The notes under the pieces are model-generated. The model ran no database searches. It saw only the letters and a program-made list of their open reading frames with translations, and had not been told where the DNA came from. From the human T2T-CHM13v2.0 reference genome, Homo sapiens, in assembly GCF_009914755.1 (NCBI RefSeq), contig NC_060936.1: 64,000 nt of DNA; one strand, given 5' to 3'. Of this stretch, positions 27,711-40,515 are shown piece after piece (position 1 is the stretch's first letter; each line of letters begins with the position of its first letter). The translations under genes were made by a program, and so were the position numbers.

Positions 27711-28681
27711 TACCCTTTTATTCCCTTGGCTTCTGTCAGTTAGGATGTTTAATTCCATTTATACTCTTAGCAGGGTCAGCCCTTATGTAGCACAGGGAGG
27801 GTTTGTTCCTAGTTGGGACATTCTATATACCATCTTTTTCTGATTTATAGAAAACCATAACATGCATGCCTTATCCATATGTAGACCATGAATTTTAAAA
27901 GCAATTTCTCATACAATGAGTGAATGATGTAAGCTGTCAGGAAGCAACATCATCTCAATAAATCAAGAGTGACATCTGCATGGTGATTCATAGCCCTGGG
28001 TAGAATAAACTGGCTCTCTAAGGGTGAAGTTTCTTGGGTAAACATTCTTAAATGAGTTAGTACACCCTCTGGGGAAGTCAGAGAGCTATGGTTAAAAAGT
28101 TTATGGGTAAGAAGACCTACAGTCTCCCCTTGATAGCTTGGGTTCTTTCTATATTACCATCACTGTAGTCACAGTTGTGTTGATATTTATAAAGGAAAAA
28201 AATGTAAAGAAAACAAAAAGAAAGGAAAAGGAAAAAGCCAAATAAAAAAATCAGTATAAAAAAGATTAGATTTTAAAAAATCACAATTTTCAAAGTAAAA
28301 TAAAAAAGAAATATTAAAGCAAATAATTTTATGAGTAAACAAATAAAAATATATAATCCAAGATAAAAGTTAAAGCAATGAGATTTAAAGTAAATATTAC
28401 AATAAATAAGATACATATTTAAAATGTAAAAAAATCATCTTAATGTCATAAGGTAAAATATAAATATGAACCTATCAAATTAATAACCAAATAACTACAA
28501 AATATAAAACTATATGTTTTTTAAAGCTAGTAAAACATAAAATTAATTTTTTAATGAGAATAGAAAACATTAGTTGATGAAATAAATACTAAGGACGTAG
28601 AAGGTAGTCCAAGGTGAGTTAATAAAGTATCTTTGAATGGGAGGTTGTCTGGGTACAACTGAAGCAATCAAACATAAGAAG

Positions 28682-28981
28682 GGACTGGGCATGATGCTCA
28701 TGTCTGTAATCCCAGCACTTTGAGAGGCTGAGGTTTGTGGATCACTTGAGGTCAGGTTCGAGACCAGCCAACATAGTGAAACCTTGTCTCTACTAAAAAT
28801 GCAAAAATTAGCCGGGCGTGGTGGTGTGTGCCTGTAGTTCCAGCTACTCAGGAGGCTGAGGCATGAGAATTGCTTGAACCTGGGAGGTGTAGGTTGTAGT
28901 GAGCCGAGATTGTCACTGTGCTCCAGCCAGGGCAACAGAGGAAGACTCCATCTAAAAAAATCTTAATAATAAATAAACCAA
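28682..28981 (+). mobile_element. AluS (Sz/Sx-like)
   Basis: Full dimer; degenerate TSD aaacataagaag / aaacagaagcag. Confidence 0.93.
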
Positions 28982-29549
28982 AAACAGAAGCAGGGCAGGG
29001 ATATGTACTCTTCTGTATATTTAGTTTCTAATGTGCAGTCCACCACATTGGACTAACCTACCCTAATTACACTGAAGAATGGCATCTAATCTACTTTTAA
29101 TTCTAGCCTTCATTTTGAGTCAGGAAGACATGAAGACCCCTACTCCCAGTGACCTACTAATACTTAGGCATTAATGAGCCCAAGGCTCTCAGAAACGTCA
29201 GCATGCTCAGAAAATCAGAGCAATATGAGATTAACTCATGTATCCCATAAGTCATTGTTTTATACCGAATACAATCACAAAATTATATTTGGAGGAAAAA
29301 AGAATTAAAACTTGAATTTAAAAATCTAAAATCTTAGCACATAGTCTTGGCATGGCTTGGGGTGAAAAATTCATATGTGTTTATTATCTATTTATCTCAG
29401 AATAACTTGAAGAATAATCTCCCTATGAAGATTATAGACACAGAAGTTTAGGCAATGACCTATGTGTGTTATCAACCTTTGGTTCATATTTCTGCCATTA
29501 CTTAATAAATCCTAGGAGCATTTGTAATATAGAATGAAACAAATAATTT

Positions 29550-29745
29550 TGTAATTACAAAGTTGCAGGTTTGAATCTCAGTTCTATTCCTTACTGATTG
29601 TGATTTTTTTTCATGTCTCAGATCCTCAAACCTCTAATATGTAAATGATAACAGGCTGCAACTTGTAGGGCTATTCAGAAGATTAAAAATGGATACAAAA
29701 CATCTGGCATAGTGTATGACAGAGTGGATGGTAGCTCTCATTTGA
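29550..29745 (+). mobile_element. MIR
   Basis: ggtttgaatctcagttctattccttact...tgtaaatgata...gattaaa...ctggcatagt. Confidence 0.65.
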
Positions 29746-30098
29746 GTTGTTATACTTGTAGCTACTGAGTTTGCACTGCTCTAAATCAGCATTACTCTTT
29801 AATCATAAACTAATTTGATCACTAGTAAGGTTTTGAAAGGCCACAAGTAAGCCAATTAACTTCATTAATTCGTGTCAAAAAATGAACACTATTACTCTTT
29901 CTAGAAATTTCAGTTACTTTCCCTTCAAATCACCTGAAAGTCATTAGTTAATAAAATACATATTTGTTAATTGCAGTTAAAGTAATTTCCATGCTGACTA
30001 ACCCATTAATCCAAGTGTCTTTGACATTAGTAAATTCTTATTCAGTAGCTAGTTTTGTCAGAATTAATTGATTAGATGACCATTCACATAAAAATAAG

Positions 30099-30450
30099 GG
30101 CCAGGAACTGTGGCTTACTGTTGTAATCTCAGCACTTTGAAAGAAAGTGGAAGGTGGATTGCTTGAGCCCAGGAGTGACCAGCCTGGGTAACATGGCAAA
30201 ACTCTGTCTCTACAGAAAATACGAAAAATTAGTTGGACACAGTAGTGCATGTCTGTAGTCCCAGACACTTAGGAGGGTGAGGTGGGAGGATTACCTGAGC
30301 CCTGGAGTTACAGGCTGCAGTGAGCCGTGAGCACACTAGCCTGAGTGAAAAAGTGATACCTCCTCTGTCTCAAAAAAAAAAAAAAAAAAAAAAGAGGAAA
30401 TAAAGAAAGAAACCAAAAGAAAAAGTAAAAGAAAGAAAAGAAAGAAAGAA
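30099..30450 (+). mobile_element. AluJ with an expanded A/(GAAA)n tail (30372-30450)
   Basis: ggattgcttgagcccaggag; long purine tail. Confidence 0.9.
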
Positions 30451-31224
30451 ATGAAGGGGAGATGGTAACTCAAACATGACAGTGCCAGAGTACGTGTGAA
30501 ACTTAGTCATTTATCACAATAGGATTTGCCTCCAAGGTAAGAAAAGTTGTTTTAAGTGTTATTGATTTTTACTTGAAAAAGGTGTCCTACTGATTTTTGC
30601 CATCTAGACCCTTAACTATGGCTTTTAGTAAACTATTCTTGTCTATATTGACAACCATAGAAAACTCAGGAACAGAAATGTGATGGTCACTGGTGGAGAA
30701 AGGGGAAAGTGAGGTTTCAAAAAATACTACCTAATAGCCCCCTCCCCTATGCACCATGTTTGATATTATTTCAGTTCTACTTACTTCTGATGGGGAAATA
30801 CAAGGTTTTTAGTTTTTTTGAGTGAAGCTGTGTGGTGAGTTAAACAGAAAAATCTATGCAACTCAATTTGCTATTTCAAAGCTCCTATGCTTGTGGGCAA
30901 AGAATTCTTGGATTTCTGCCAACACTGAAGTTCAAATTATTTGGAGGGGTAAGTTGCTTGAGTTTCTGTATTTCTTTTAATCAGGCTTTGTTTTTCACAG
31001 CTGTCATTAGTCAGTTCTATTTTATTACCTTTTGGGACTTGGCATTCAAACATTTGGAAATGCATTTATTCAGTCAGTATAAAAAACAAACAATAACAAC
31101 AAACTGCTGGGATTCTGAACACTGTTTATCATCTGGCATTGCACAGTCAATTTTTTTTTTTTTTGTACTTCAATGAACTACTTCTACACTGCTACTCAGG
31201 TGTAACATCCGGAGACAATGTCTT

Positions 31225-31368
31225 TATTTCCCTTTCTCATTTTTTCTTTCTCTTTTATACTACTTTCTCTCTCACTCTGTCCTCCCCTTCCTTTCTTCTT
31301 CCTTACTCTCTCCTTTCTTTTCCTTTCCTTCTTCCCCTTTGCAGGATTCCTTCTGTCTCTTTTCATTT
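31225..31368. repeat. CT-rich low-complexity pyrimidine tract
   Basis: Mostly C/T over about 140 bp. Confidence 0.75.
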
Positions 31369-32371
31369 AAATTTGAAAGCTCAAAAAAATGACTTAATTT
31401 GAAATTTCAATATTTGTGCAAAAGGGATTTGTCAGAAAATAGAATTTATTATTTTATTTGTATCAAATTTTGAGCAAAACAAAGTGAAATTGCAAAGACA
31501 ATTCTGTAAATGTGTGAATATATACTATATCAATGATTTATGATTTTAGTTTGTGTAGAAGCATCATAAGTTAGGGACCATCTGTAGTTAAGAATGCTAT
31601 ATTGATTTTTTTTCCAGCTCCATATAAAAATTTGATTTCCAGACGTTGATTACTGCCTGAAAGAAGAAAAGGTTAAAGAGACAAAAAAAAGGTGCCTATT
31701 ATCTGGACAAGTTATTAACCTAAAGAAGATTAAAAAATCTTATTATTCAAATTACTACAAATCTGTAGTTATGTGTTCTAACGAATCCCATTAAATATAT
31801 TTACTATAGAAAAAAACAATTCCGGTTTCTGCTTTGACATTTTAGTTAACTGTAAATGCCAACATTAATATAAACTAACTTTTTTTTGGATAGAATCAGA
31901 CACATTATTCAACTATCATAGGTCATCTAATTAGTTGTGTCATAATATCTGAATAAGGTTATTACATCATTTCATGTATCAGTATCCCTCATTTTATGCT
32001 TGATGATCATTGAAGCAATGTAAGTTGCCTTCAGTCACGTAGAGTAGAATAATCAATAATCTAGCCCCCTCCCCCCACCACCTTGTTCTATCTGGTCCAT
32101 GTTGTACTTTAACTTTATTAAAATTAGACAAACTGTCTTTAAGAAGATGATATTTCAGTTAACACTCAAGCAGCGAAGTTAACAATAGGATCAGCCCACA
32201 GCATAAGTAGTGTAATCGACATAGGGGATACAGTATTCAGTGGAAGGCCAGCCCCAAGTGAGGTGGAAAACATTAATGGGTTTGAAAAGCAGTCCTTTTC
32301 TTCTCTACAATTTTCTTCTGACTGATTCTGGGAAAATGCTGAGACAATTGAAACCCATTATAGACACATGA

Positions 32372-32688
<317 letters not shown>

Positions 32689-34494
32689 GGAAAAGTTATA
32701 CAACTTTTATACAAAATATACAATATTTTTAAATTATACAATTTAATGCAATTTCGATTCTTCTTGTTTGGAATCATAATGAGGAGAGGATTTAAGAGTG
32801 TCAAAAAGAGTAATGTTAAAGAAACTGATCGTTTTCCTCAGGCAAAATTGGAGATGACTAATTATACTGCCTAAAGTTGAGACTATTTTTGCTTGCATCT
32901 TTATCTAAAAGAAAACTATTGAAATAGTTTCAAGAAGCACAAAAATAACAGAAAAATAAAACATTATATATGTGGGGTTTTTTAAGCCTCCATAATATTT
33001 CAATTCAAGAAAATAACTACATTTTTTAAAGGCATATTGTTCAAAATTGTCTTCCTTTTTCACTTGGCCAATGAAACTGGAAAAGTAGTAATCAAAACTG
33101 CAATTCTTAAAACAAGCTTGATGCAATTTTGATTAAAGCACTTAAAAAATATGAGGCGTGCTTCTTCATACTGTCCTCTATTTTTGCAGACAATGTCACA
33201 AAGGTACCATTAGATTCGTAGCTGGTTACAAACCTCTAATTTTTAGCTATTCTACTTAAGACCTGCACTCTGGCACCATTACCCTAAGACTTTTCTATAG
33301 CTCTAAGATCACCATTGTCATTTAAGCCTCATAACTAAGAATGAACTTTGTTTAATCCTCAACCATGTAACTCCTCTTCTAATGTAATCTAGTCCTCCAT
33401 TCAGCCTTAAAATATTGTTGATGTGTCATACTGCATTAAAAAAAAATTCTATGTGTCCACAACACTCTTTCCTTAACATCTTCTGGCATTTCATCACTTG
33501 CTCTTTTGAAAAAAAATGCAGAAAAATAGGATCTAAGTTTGCTGAGAATTATTACTTTATTAATCTTTTTTTTCACAAAATGTCATCTGCTCTGATGTGA
33601 GTCACAAAAAAATTATTTCATGAAAACAAGAAGAATCATAACAAAGAATTCCCTTGTTTCCCCACAAATGTTTTTGCCAATTAGAAACATCAACATAGCT
33701 TTGTGCTTTAAGAATACCTTTGAGAAAAAGATTTCAAGTTTTTTTCCTGAGGTATTATGAGTTTAGCACACCGACCAATCTTTCTGACATACTTCAAATC
33801 AGATGTCCTTAAACAGTGAAGCAGCAGTTTTTCCCTGAAACTGATATTTGGTAAACATTTATCAATCTAATAAGTAGTAAACAGATCATACCATAAAGAT
33901 GAAAACATCTTTATTCAAATTTACTTTTATAGTACTGAAGCCCAATGCTGTCATCAGAATCAATAGAAACTTGTGCTGAATGATTGGTTACTTAGTTGGA
34001 AGGGATTATACAAGGTATGTATTTTACAAGCACTTTGACCATGTGACATGCATAAATTGCTCTATACCACTGCTGCTGCCTATTTCTTATATGAAACTTT
34101 CATGGTACAAAACAGATCAGGGCATTTACATATAGTCTATAAAATATTCATGGAAGAAATTTTGTTGCAAAATATAAGGTAAAATATTAAGAGGAGGAGG
34201 AAGTGTGAAGACTGAGAATAAAATCAGGTAGATTAACTAAGAATGAAATCACTGTGAAGACACAGAAAAGTCTTGCAGTAGGAGAAGAGGATTTGGAACA
34301 TGCTTGTCACCTAGCAGACACATGCTAGATTAGGCAGAATTCACACATTAGCCAAGTACAAATGCAGGCTAACATGTAAACGTTTCAGTTTTAATTTCGA
34401 GACAGTAGGACAAATGGTCAGAAATACAGACCTAGATGGAAAATCCTGCAAATCACTAGAATTCGTACTCCTATTATCTGAACAAGCAAGCAAA

Positions 34495-34876
34495 TCAGAC
34501 TGTGACTTAAGCAAAGGAAAGATTTCAATGTGTAAATAGCATCAGTTTCATAAGCCATTCAGTCTCTGTTACTATTAAACATAATGGCAAAAACCGCATT
34601 TACTTTTGCACTGACTTAATACTACTCAAATCTTTCCTTGCAATGGGAATGAAACCACAGACCATATGTAAACAAATGAGTATGGCTATATTCCAATACA
34701 AATGTATTTATGAATACTAAAATTTGAATTTTTGCATGATCCAAAATATGATTTTCTTATGATTATATTTCCAACATTTAAAAACTGTGTAAAAGTCTTT
34801 CTTAGTTTGCAGGTTGGACAAACAATATATGAGTTGACTTTGACCTGTGGATTGTAGTTTAGTAACCCATAGTCTA
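34495..34876 (+). mobile_element. MER58B-like hAT-Charlie element containing a MADE1
   Basis: cagtctctgtt..actactcaa...atgtaaacaaatgagtatggctatattccaata...gtggattgtagttt..taaccc. Confidence 0.75.
34575..34619. mobile_element. MADE1 (Hsmar1 MITE), most of one arm deleted
   Basis: taatggcaaaaaccgcatttacttttgcactgacttaa flanked by TA. Confidence 0.85.
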
Positions 34877-35900
34877 AAATATAAAATATGTGTAGCAAGT
34901 GAGGCTGCTTTTCTGATGCTAGAAATATGTGGAAGCAAGGTTGATTGTTTGCACATGGATTTTCTGGTCTGAAATTTGTTTCTAAGAATAAATAGCATCA
35001 GCAACTTGCTATATTCTAATTCAATTCTTTTGACACAATAGCCTATGGCTTAATTTAGTGACAAATAAAAGAGCTTAAATTACATTGATAGATTGTGCAT
35101 AATATTACTTCTATATCTTTGTATCATGATCCAAGTACTATTATAAAGCTATCTTAATTTTGTTCCCAAGATGGCATATTAGGGGCTTTTAACATGCCTC
35201 AGCCACTTGGAAATAGCAAGATAGCACATAAAGATCAACTCTGTGAGCTTTAATTCAAGAAGGAAATCAGGAATCTACCAGAATCATGATGGACACCCCA
35301 GATTTCAGGAAGGAAGATGCTGGCAAACAGCCCCTGTGATGGCGTCTGGCAGATAAAAGTTAGTGAAGTCCCAGTACATGAGAGAGGAAGAGAGCATCCC
35401 CCTGTGATTCACCTTTCCACCTGGGATTTGGGCAATCCACGAGGAGGAAGAGCTCTTTGTTTCTCCCAAGCCCTGAAGGTAACTTGGGAGAGGGATGGAG
35501 ACATTATAAGGCAAAGACACTGGGAACAGCTGCAGACATTTTCCCAGACCGTGGACCAAGAGCAGCACACCATTTTTAATCTGTGCACATACACTGTCAG
35601 CCATTATTTTGTGTGACTCGGAAGAGTGGCTGCACAGGCATTTTAGTTTCAAGCCAGAGATTAGAGTGCCTGCTCTGGAGCAGGATAGGGGCCTCCACAG
35701 CCAGAACTGTGGAAGGTGCCTCAGCAGTAGATGGTGGAATTGTGCTCTCCCGTCACAAGCCTGGAGCAGGAGAAGAGCTGCTACAGCTGCAGTTTCTCCT
35801 GGGTGGTGGACTTGCTGCCAGATCCAGCTTAGCGAATTAGAGCTAGTCTGTGTGTGCCATTGCTTGGTGCTCAAGGCTGCTCCCCTTAGACTGTGTTTAA

Positions 35901-36520
35901 GCAGGGCCCTCTCTGCTCCACCCCCAGACAGAAATCCAGGCATTTGGAGCACCTACTCTTCTGGACCAGCAGCCTGAGCTGCCTCACCCTTTCTAACATA
36001 GATCATGGCACAGATCTTCACACACAGGCAGAACTCCAGGTATTTGGAGCACTTGCTTGCCCGGACCAACAACCCGAGCCACACCACCTTTCCTGTGCAG
36101 AGATTGTGGTACAGGAAGACACTTTCTGCTCTATGCCCAGGTAGATCTCCAGGCATTCAGAAAACCCATTCATCTGGTTCAACCACTTGAGTTGCCCCAC
36201 CCTTCCTGGACCCAGATCTTAGTGCAACAGGGCCTTCTCTGCTGCATGCCTAGGAAGATTCTCAGGCATTTGAAGCACTTGCTCACCTGGAACAGCAGAA
36301 TGAACAGCCCCACCTTTCCTGTGCAGAGATCCAGGTGCAGGGGGCCCTCTCTGTCATAAGCCCAGTCATATCTCCAGGCATTCAGAGCACCTGTTTGCCT
36401 CGTTCAGCAGCCTGAGTTGCCACCCCTCTCCTGTGCAGAAATGTTGGTGCAGAGGGTCCCTCCCTGCTCCATGTCCAGGCAGATCTCCAAGCATTTGGAG
36501 GACCCATTCTCCTGGATTAG
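35901..36520 (+). repeat. About 113-bp degenerate tandem array (6 units) in the L1 5'UTR
   Basis: tccaggcatt-like anchors at 35935, 36035, 36148, 36261, 36373, 36486. Confidence 0.85.
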
Positions 36521-37819
36521 GGTTTTAGGCTGTCCCCCATCCCCATGCAGAGAATTGGGTCAGGGAGTTTTCCCAACTCCATGACTAAACACACCTCTGG
36601 GCACTTAGTGGCCATCCACTGGATTATTCATTGGAGCTGGTGCTCATGTCTGCCACTGGGGGACCTGTAGGCAGACCTGGCCAGTTTGGCCCTGCCTATC
36701 TTTGCCCCAGCACCTGCTTCTTGGGTTGAGGGACAGGGGTGGGCAAGCAGGGAGATAAGACCACTTTGCACTCCACAGAATAGCCCATTGCCTAGGCAGC
36801 AAAGAACTGCTTACAGTAAACAAAGATCAAGAATATGCCCAGCCATGTTGGCCACAGCTGGCTCTTACCTATAAGTTTCATCTACTGGTTTGTAGGTTGA
36901 ACTACACTGCCTAACACAAAATTTGGTATCAGATGTGCATAAGGACATGGAATCAAAGCCAGAAAGCCCTGCCCAGCATTATCTAGGGTGACAACCCCTA
37001 AGGAGGGGAGAGGGCAAGGGAAAGGGAAAGAAAAAAGAAAATCAATAAAATTATTGGGGAAAAAAGAAAAAGAAAAAAAAACACCTGAAAGAAAATAAAT
37101 ACAAAAATTAGAAGTTCTAGTGTTTCCAAATGAGAATGAACCAACACAAGAATTGTCATCATTAAAAAACTGAGTGTAGTGACATCACCAAAGGATGGCC
37201 CTAGCTCTCCAGTAATGGTCCATAACCAAAATGGAAAATCAGAAATGAAAGATGAAAAATTCAACAAATGGATTTCAAGGAAGCTCAATGAATTCCAACT
37301 CAAGTTTGAAAATCAACACAAAGAAAGTTTTAAAACAATCCAGGAAATGAAGGAAGAGATACACATCCTAAGAAGAAATCAATCAGAACTTCTGGAATTT
37401 AAAACAAACAAACAAACAAATAAACAAAAAAACTCATTTAAGTAATTTCAAAATAAAATTGAAAGTTTTATCAGTAGACTAAACCAAGCAAAAGAAAGAA
37501 TTTCAGAGCTTGAGGACCTGTGTCTCAAACTAGTCAGACAAAAATAAAGAAAAAAAGAATTAAAAAAAATGAACAAATCTTTGAGAAATATGGGATTATA
37601 TACACCACCAATCCTATAAGTTGTTCGCATTCATGAGAGAGAACCTAGAAAAACTACTTGAGGGAAAAATTCAAGAAAATTTCTCTAATCTTGCTAGAGA
37701 CTTAAGTATCCAAATAAAAGAAATCCTGAGAACATCTGAAAGATACTATAAAAAATGAGCATCACCAAGGCATATGGTCACCAGACTGTCCAAGGCCAAT
37801 GCTAAAGAAAAAATCTTAA

Positions 37820-38369
37820 CCCTTTTCCTATTTTTCCAGAGTGCTCCCCAGTGGCACTTGCAGCTGCAGCATTTGCCCCTAGATAACTTTGCAACAAAAT
37901 ATCTCGCTTTTATGATTATTTTCGCATCACTCTATCAACGAATGAAACAAAAGACTTCATTCTATTTATACCATTCTATTTTTTTGTCAACTTCAGAAAC
38001 AAAAGACTTCATTCTATTTATACCATTCTATTTTCTTGTAGTGGTATTTCCATTTACAAAATATAGTCATTCTCAATTGCTGAAAATGTCAAATGCTAGA
38101 AAATGTAGCATTGCTACGCATGATGTTAACATCGTTCTTGAATGGTTTTTGGACAAAGATTTATTTAATGAGTTTTCTGAAATAGGCGATTCTGATGATT
38201 CAGACAATTCTCATGTTAGTTATGTTTAGAAATAACTCCAAGAACAGTTTTTATACTCTATTTTCACATTTAAAATCAGTCATATTTGCTTTAGCCTCAG
38301 AGTCTGTTTATATAAAATTAAATGAGTGCTGGCAGCGAGCTGCACTTTTTTTTCTAAATGGGAAAAGGG
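37820..38369 (+). mobile_element. MER75 piggyBac-family MITE inserted in L1 ORF1
   Basis: TTAA at 37816-37819 and 38370-38373; TIRs cccttttcctattt / aaatgggaaaaggg (13/14); removing it restores L1 aaaatcttaaaggcagct; encodes MSNARKCSI...FSEIGDSDDSD. Confidence 0.93.
37936..38034. repeat. 52-bp-period duplication inside MER75
   Basis: gaaacaaaagacttcattctatttataccattctatttt at 37944 and 37996. Confidence 0.93.
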
Positions 38370-40204
38370 TTAAAGGCAGCTAGAGAAAAAGGTCAAGGCA
38401 CATACAAAGGGAACCCCATGAAGTTTATAATGAATTTCTCAGCAGAAATCTTACATGCCAGGAGAGAGTGGGGGCCTATTTTCAGCATTCTTAATGAAAG
38501 GATACTTCAACCAATGATTTCAAGATAACACAGAGAAGAAAAGTGAGGCCCAATTATCTGTTGCCTATAAGAAACACATTTGATCTATAAAGATACCCAT
38601 AGACTGAAAACAATGGGATGAAAAAAGGTAGTCTATACTAAGGGAGACCAAAAAGAGCAGGAGTAGCTATATTTATATCAGACAAAACACCTTTCATGAC
38701 AAAAACTGTAAGAAGAGAGAAAGGAGGTCATTATAAAATTATTAAGTGGAGAACTCAGCGAGAGGATGTGACAATTGTAAATGTATATGCACTCAAAAAT
38801 GGAGCACCAAGATATATGAAAGAAATATTATTGGAGATAAAGAGCTAAATCTCAATACAATAAAAGCAGGAGACTTTAACATCCCACTTTCAGTATTGGA
38901 CAGATGATGTAGGCAGAAAATCAACCAAAAAATGGAAATTAACTTGTATAAAAAATAATAAATATTTTGAGAACATTTCATCCAATGGCTGCAGAATACA
39001 CATTTTTCTAGTGAGCACATGGGTCATTTTCCAGAATAGATCATATGTTAGGTGGTAAAAGAAGTGTTAAAACATTCAGAACCTTGAAATAATATCAAGA
39101 AACTTCTCTGACCACAATGGAACAAAACCAGAAATTAAAATCACAAGGAATTTTGAAAACTATACAAGTATATGGAAATTAAACTAGATGTTCTTGAATG
39201 ACCAGTGGGACAATGAAGGAATTAGGAAGAAAATTGAGAACATTTTGAAACAAATGATAATGGAAACACACATACCAAAATCAATAGGATACAGAGAAAG
39301 CAGTATTAACAGGGAAATTTAGGGCTATACGTGTCTGCAACAAAAAAGAAGGAAAAACTTCTAATAAAAACCCTAACAATGCATCATCCTAAAGAATAAG
39401 AAAATCAAACCCAAAATTAGTAGAATAAAAGAATTAATTGAAGATCAGAGCACAAATAAATGAAATTGAAGTGAAGAAAACAATGCAAAACACCAACAAA
39501 ATGAAATGAGTTTTTTTGAAAAGATAAACGAAATTGACAAACCTTTACCCATTCAAAGAAAAAACAAGAGGATCCAAATAAACAAAATCAGAGATGAAAA
39601 AGGAGACAATACATCTGATACTACAGAAATTCAAAGGACCATTAGTGGATACTATGAGCGACTATATACCAATAAATTAAAACCAAATACTGCTTGTTCT
39701 CATGTATAAGTGTAAACTAAACATTGGGTACTCGAGGACATAAAAATGGCAACAATAGAAACTAGAAAGTAATAGGGAGGTTGGCAGGCAGGGAAAATGT
39801 TGAAAAGCTGTTAAATACTATGCTTACTACCTGGGTAATGGAGTCATTTTTACCGCAGACTTCAGCATCATGCAATGTACCCGGTAACAAACCTATATAT
39901 GTACCCTCTGAATCTAAAAGTTGAAAAAAATATATTATTTAGATTTAAAAAGAAAGAAAAATAAAGCAATCTTAGGTTCTTGGGGGATATATTAAAATAA
40001 TTAGCTTTTCTTATCTAAAAGACACATAGATGTAATATATATCTAAATATAGCAACATGTCTAATTTATCTCATAATAGTTCCTTGAATTTCAGGATTCA
40101 GTGCCAAAGTGATAACTATGATATCTAATTTTAAAAATTACGTTCACATTTTCAAGGTACTATTGACAGGGCTTACGGGAACCGTTCTATAGAAAAACGC
40201 TGTC

Positions 40205-40385
40205 TGGAGACAAATCAGAGTTTTGCTATTTATTACTGTATAATTTTGGGCAAGTTACCTAAACCCTCAGTTTATTCATCTTTAAAATGGAGATATTCCA
40301 TAGGGTAACTTTGAGTTAAGCTATGTAAATTAAATACTTAGAATATATACTAACACAAAGTAAGCCTTTTAGAGTTGTTTTGTTT
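40205..40385 (+). mobile_element. MIR
   Basis: ttgggcaagttacctaaaccctcagtttattcatctttaaaatggagata. Confidence 0.75.
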
Positions 40386-40452
40386 ATCATTGTGAGAAAG
40401 CACCCGTATCATATATCATTCCCTCATTCTCACAACTCCCTGAGTAAGCATA

Positions 40453-40515
40453 ACACACATGCGCAAGCGCACACACACACATGCACACACACATACAACC
40501 ACACACACAACCACA
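40453..40515. repeat. Imperfect (CA)n repeat
   Basis: acacatgcgcaagcgcacacacacacatgcacacacacatac... Confidence 0.85.

Larger units (their letters stand above)
35157..39960 (+). mobile_element. L1PB4-like LINE: 5'UTR, degraded ORF1, short ORF2 piece and 3'UTR; internally deleted or mosaic
   Basis: TSD ataaagc(t/a)atctta at 35143-35156 and 39961-39974; caagatggc start; ORF1 remnants (EKFNKWISRKLNEFQ, RLSKANAKEKIL); 3'UTR tacctgggtaatgg...gtaccctctgaatctaaa. Confidence 0.88.

Noticed and set aside
28180-28570. Long A-rich tract
   Set aside because: Low complexity or unrecognisably decayed L1; no periodicity that I can support.
28570-28935. 121-aa ORF, and similar ORFs at 32368, 41472, 52749 and 63008
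   Set aside because: Typical Alu-derived translations.
33160-33210. Possible 14-nt micro-exon (tttttgcag ACAATGTCACAAAG gtacca)
   Set aside because: Not frame-preserving, and there are no supporting neighbouring exons; needs RNA-seq evidence.
35305-36874. Many overlapping ORFs up to 215 aa
   Set aside because: They lie in the GC-rich L1 5'UTR and its tandem array, occur on both strands and show no recognisable domain.
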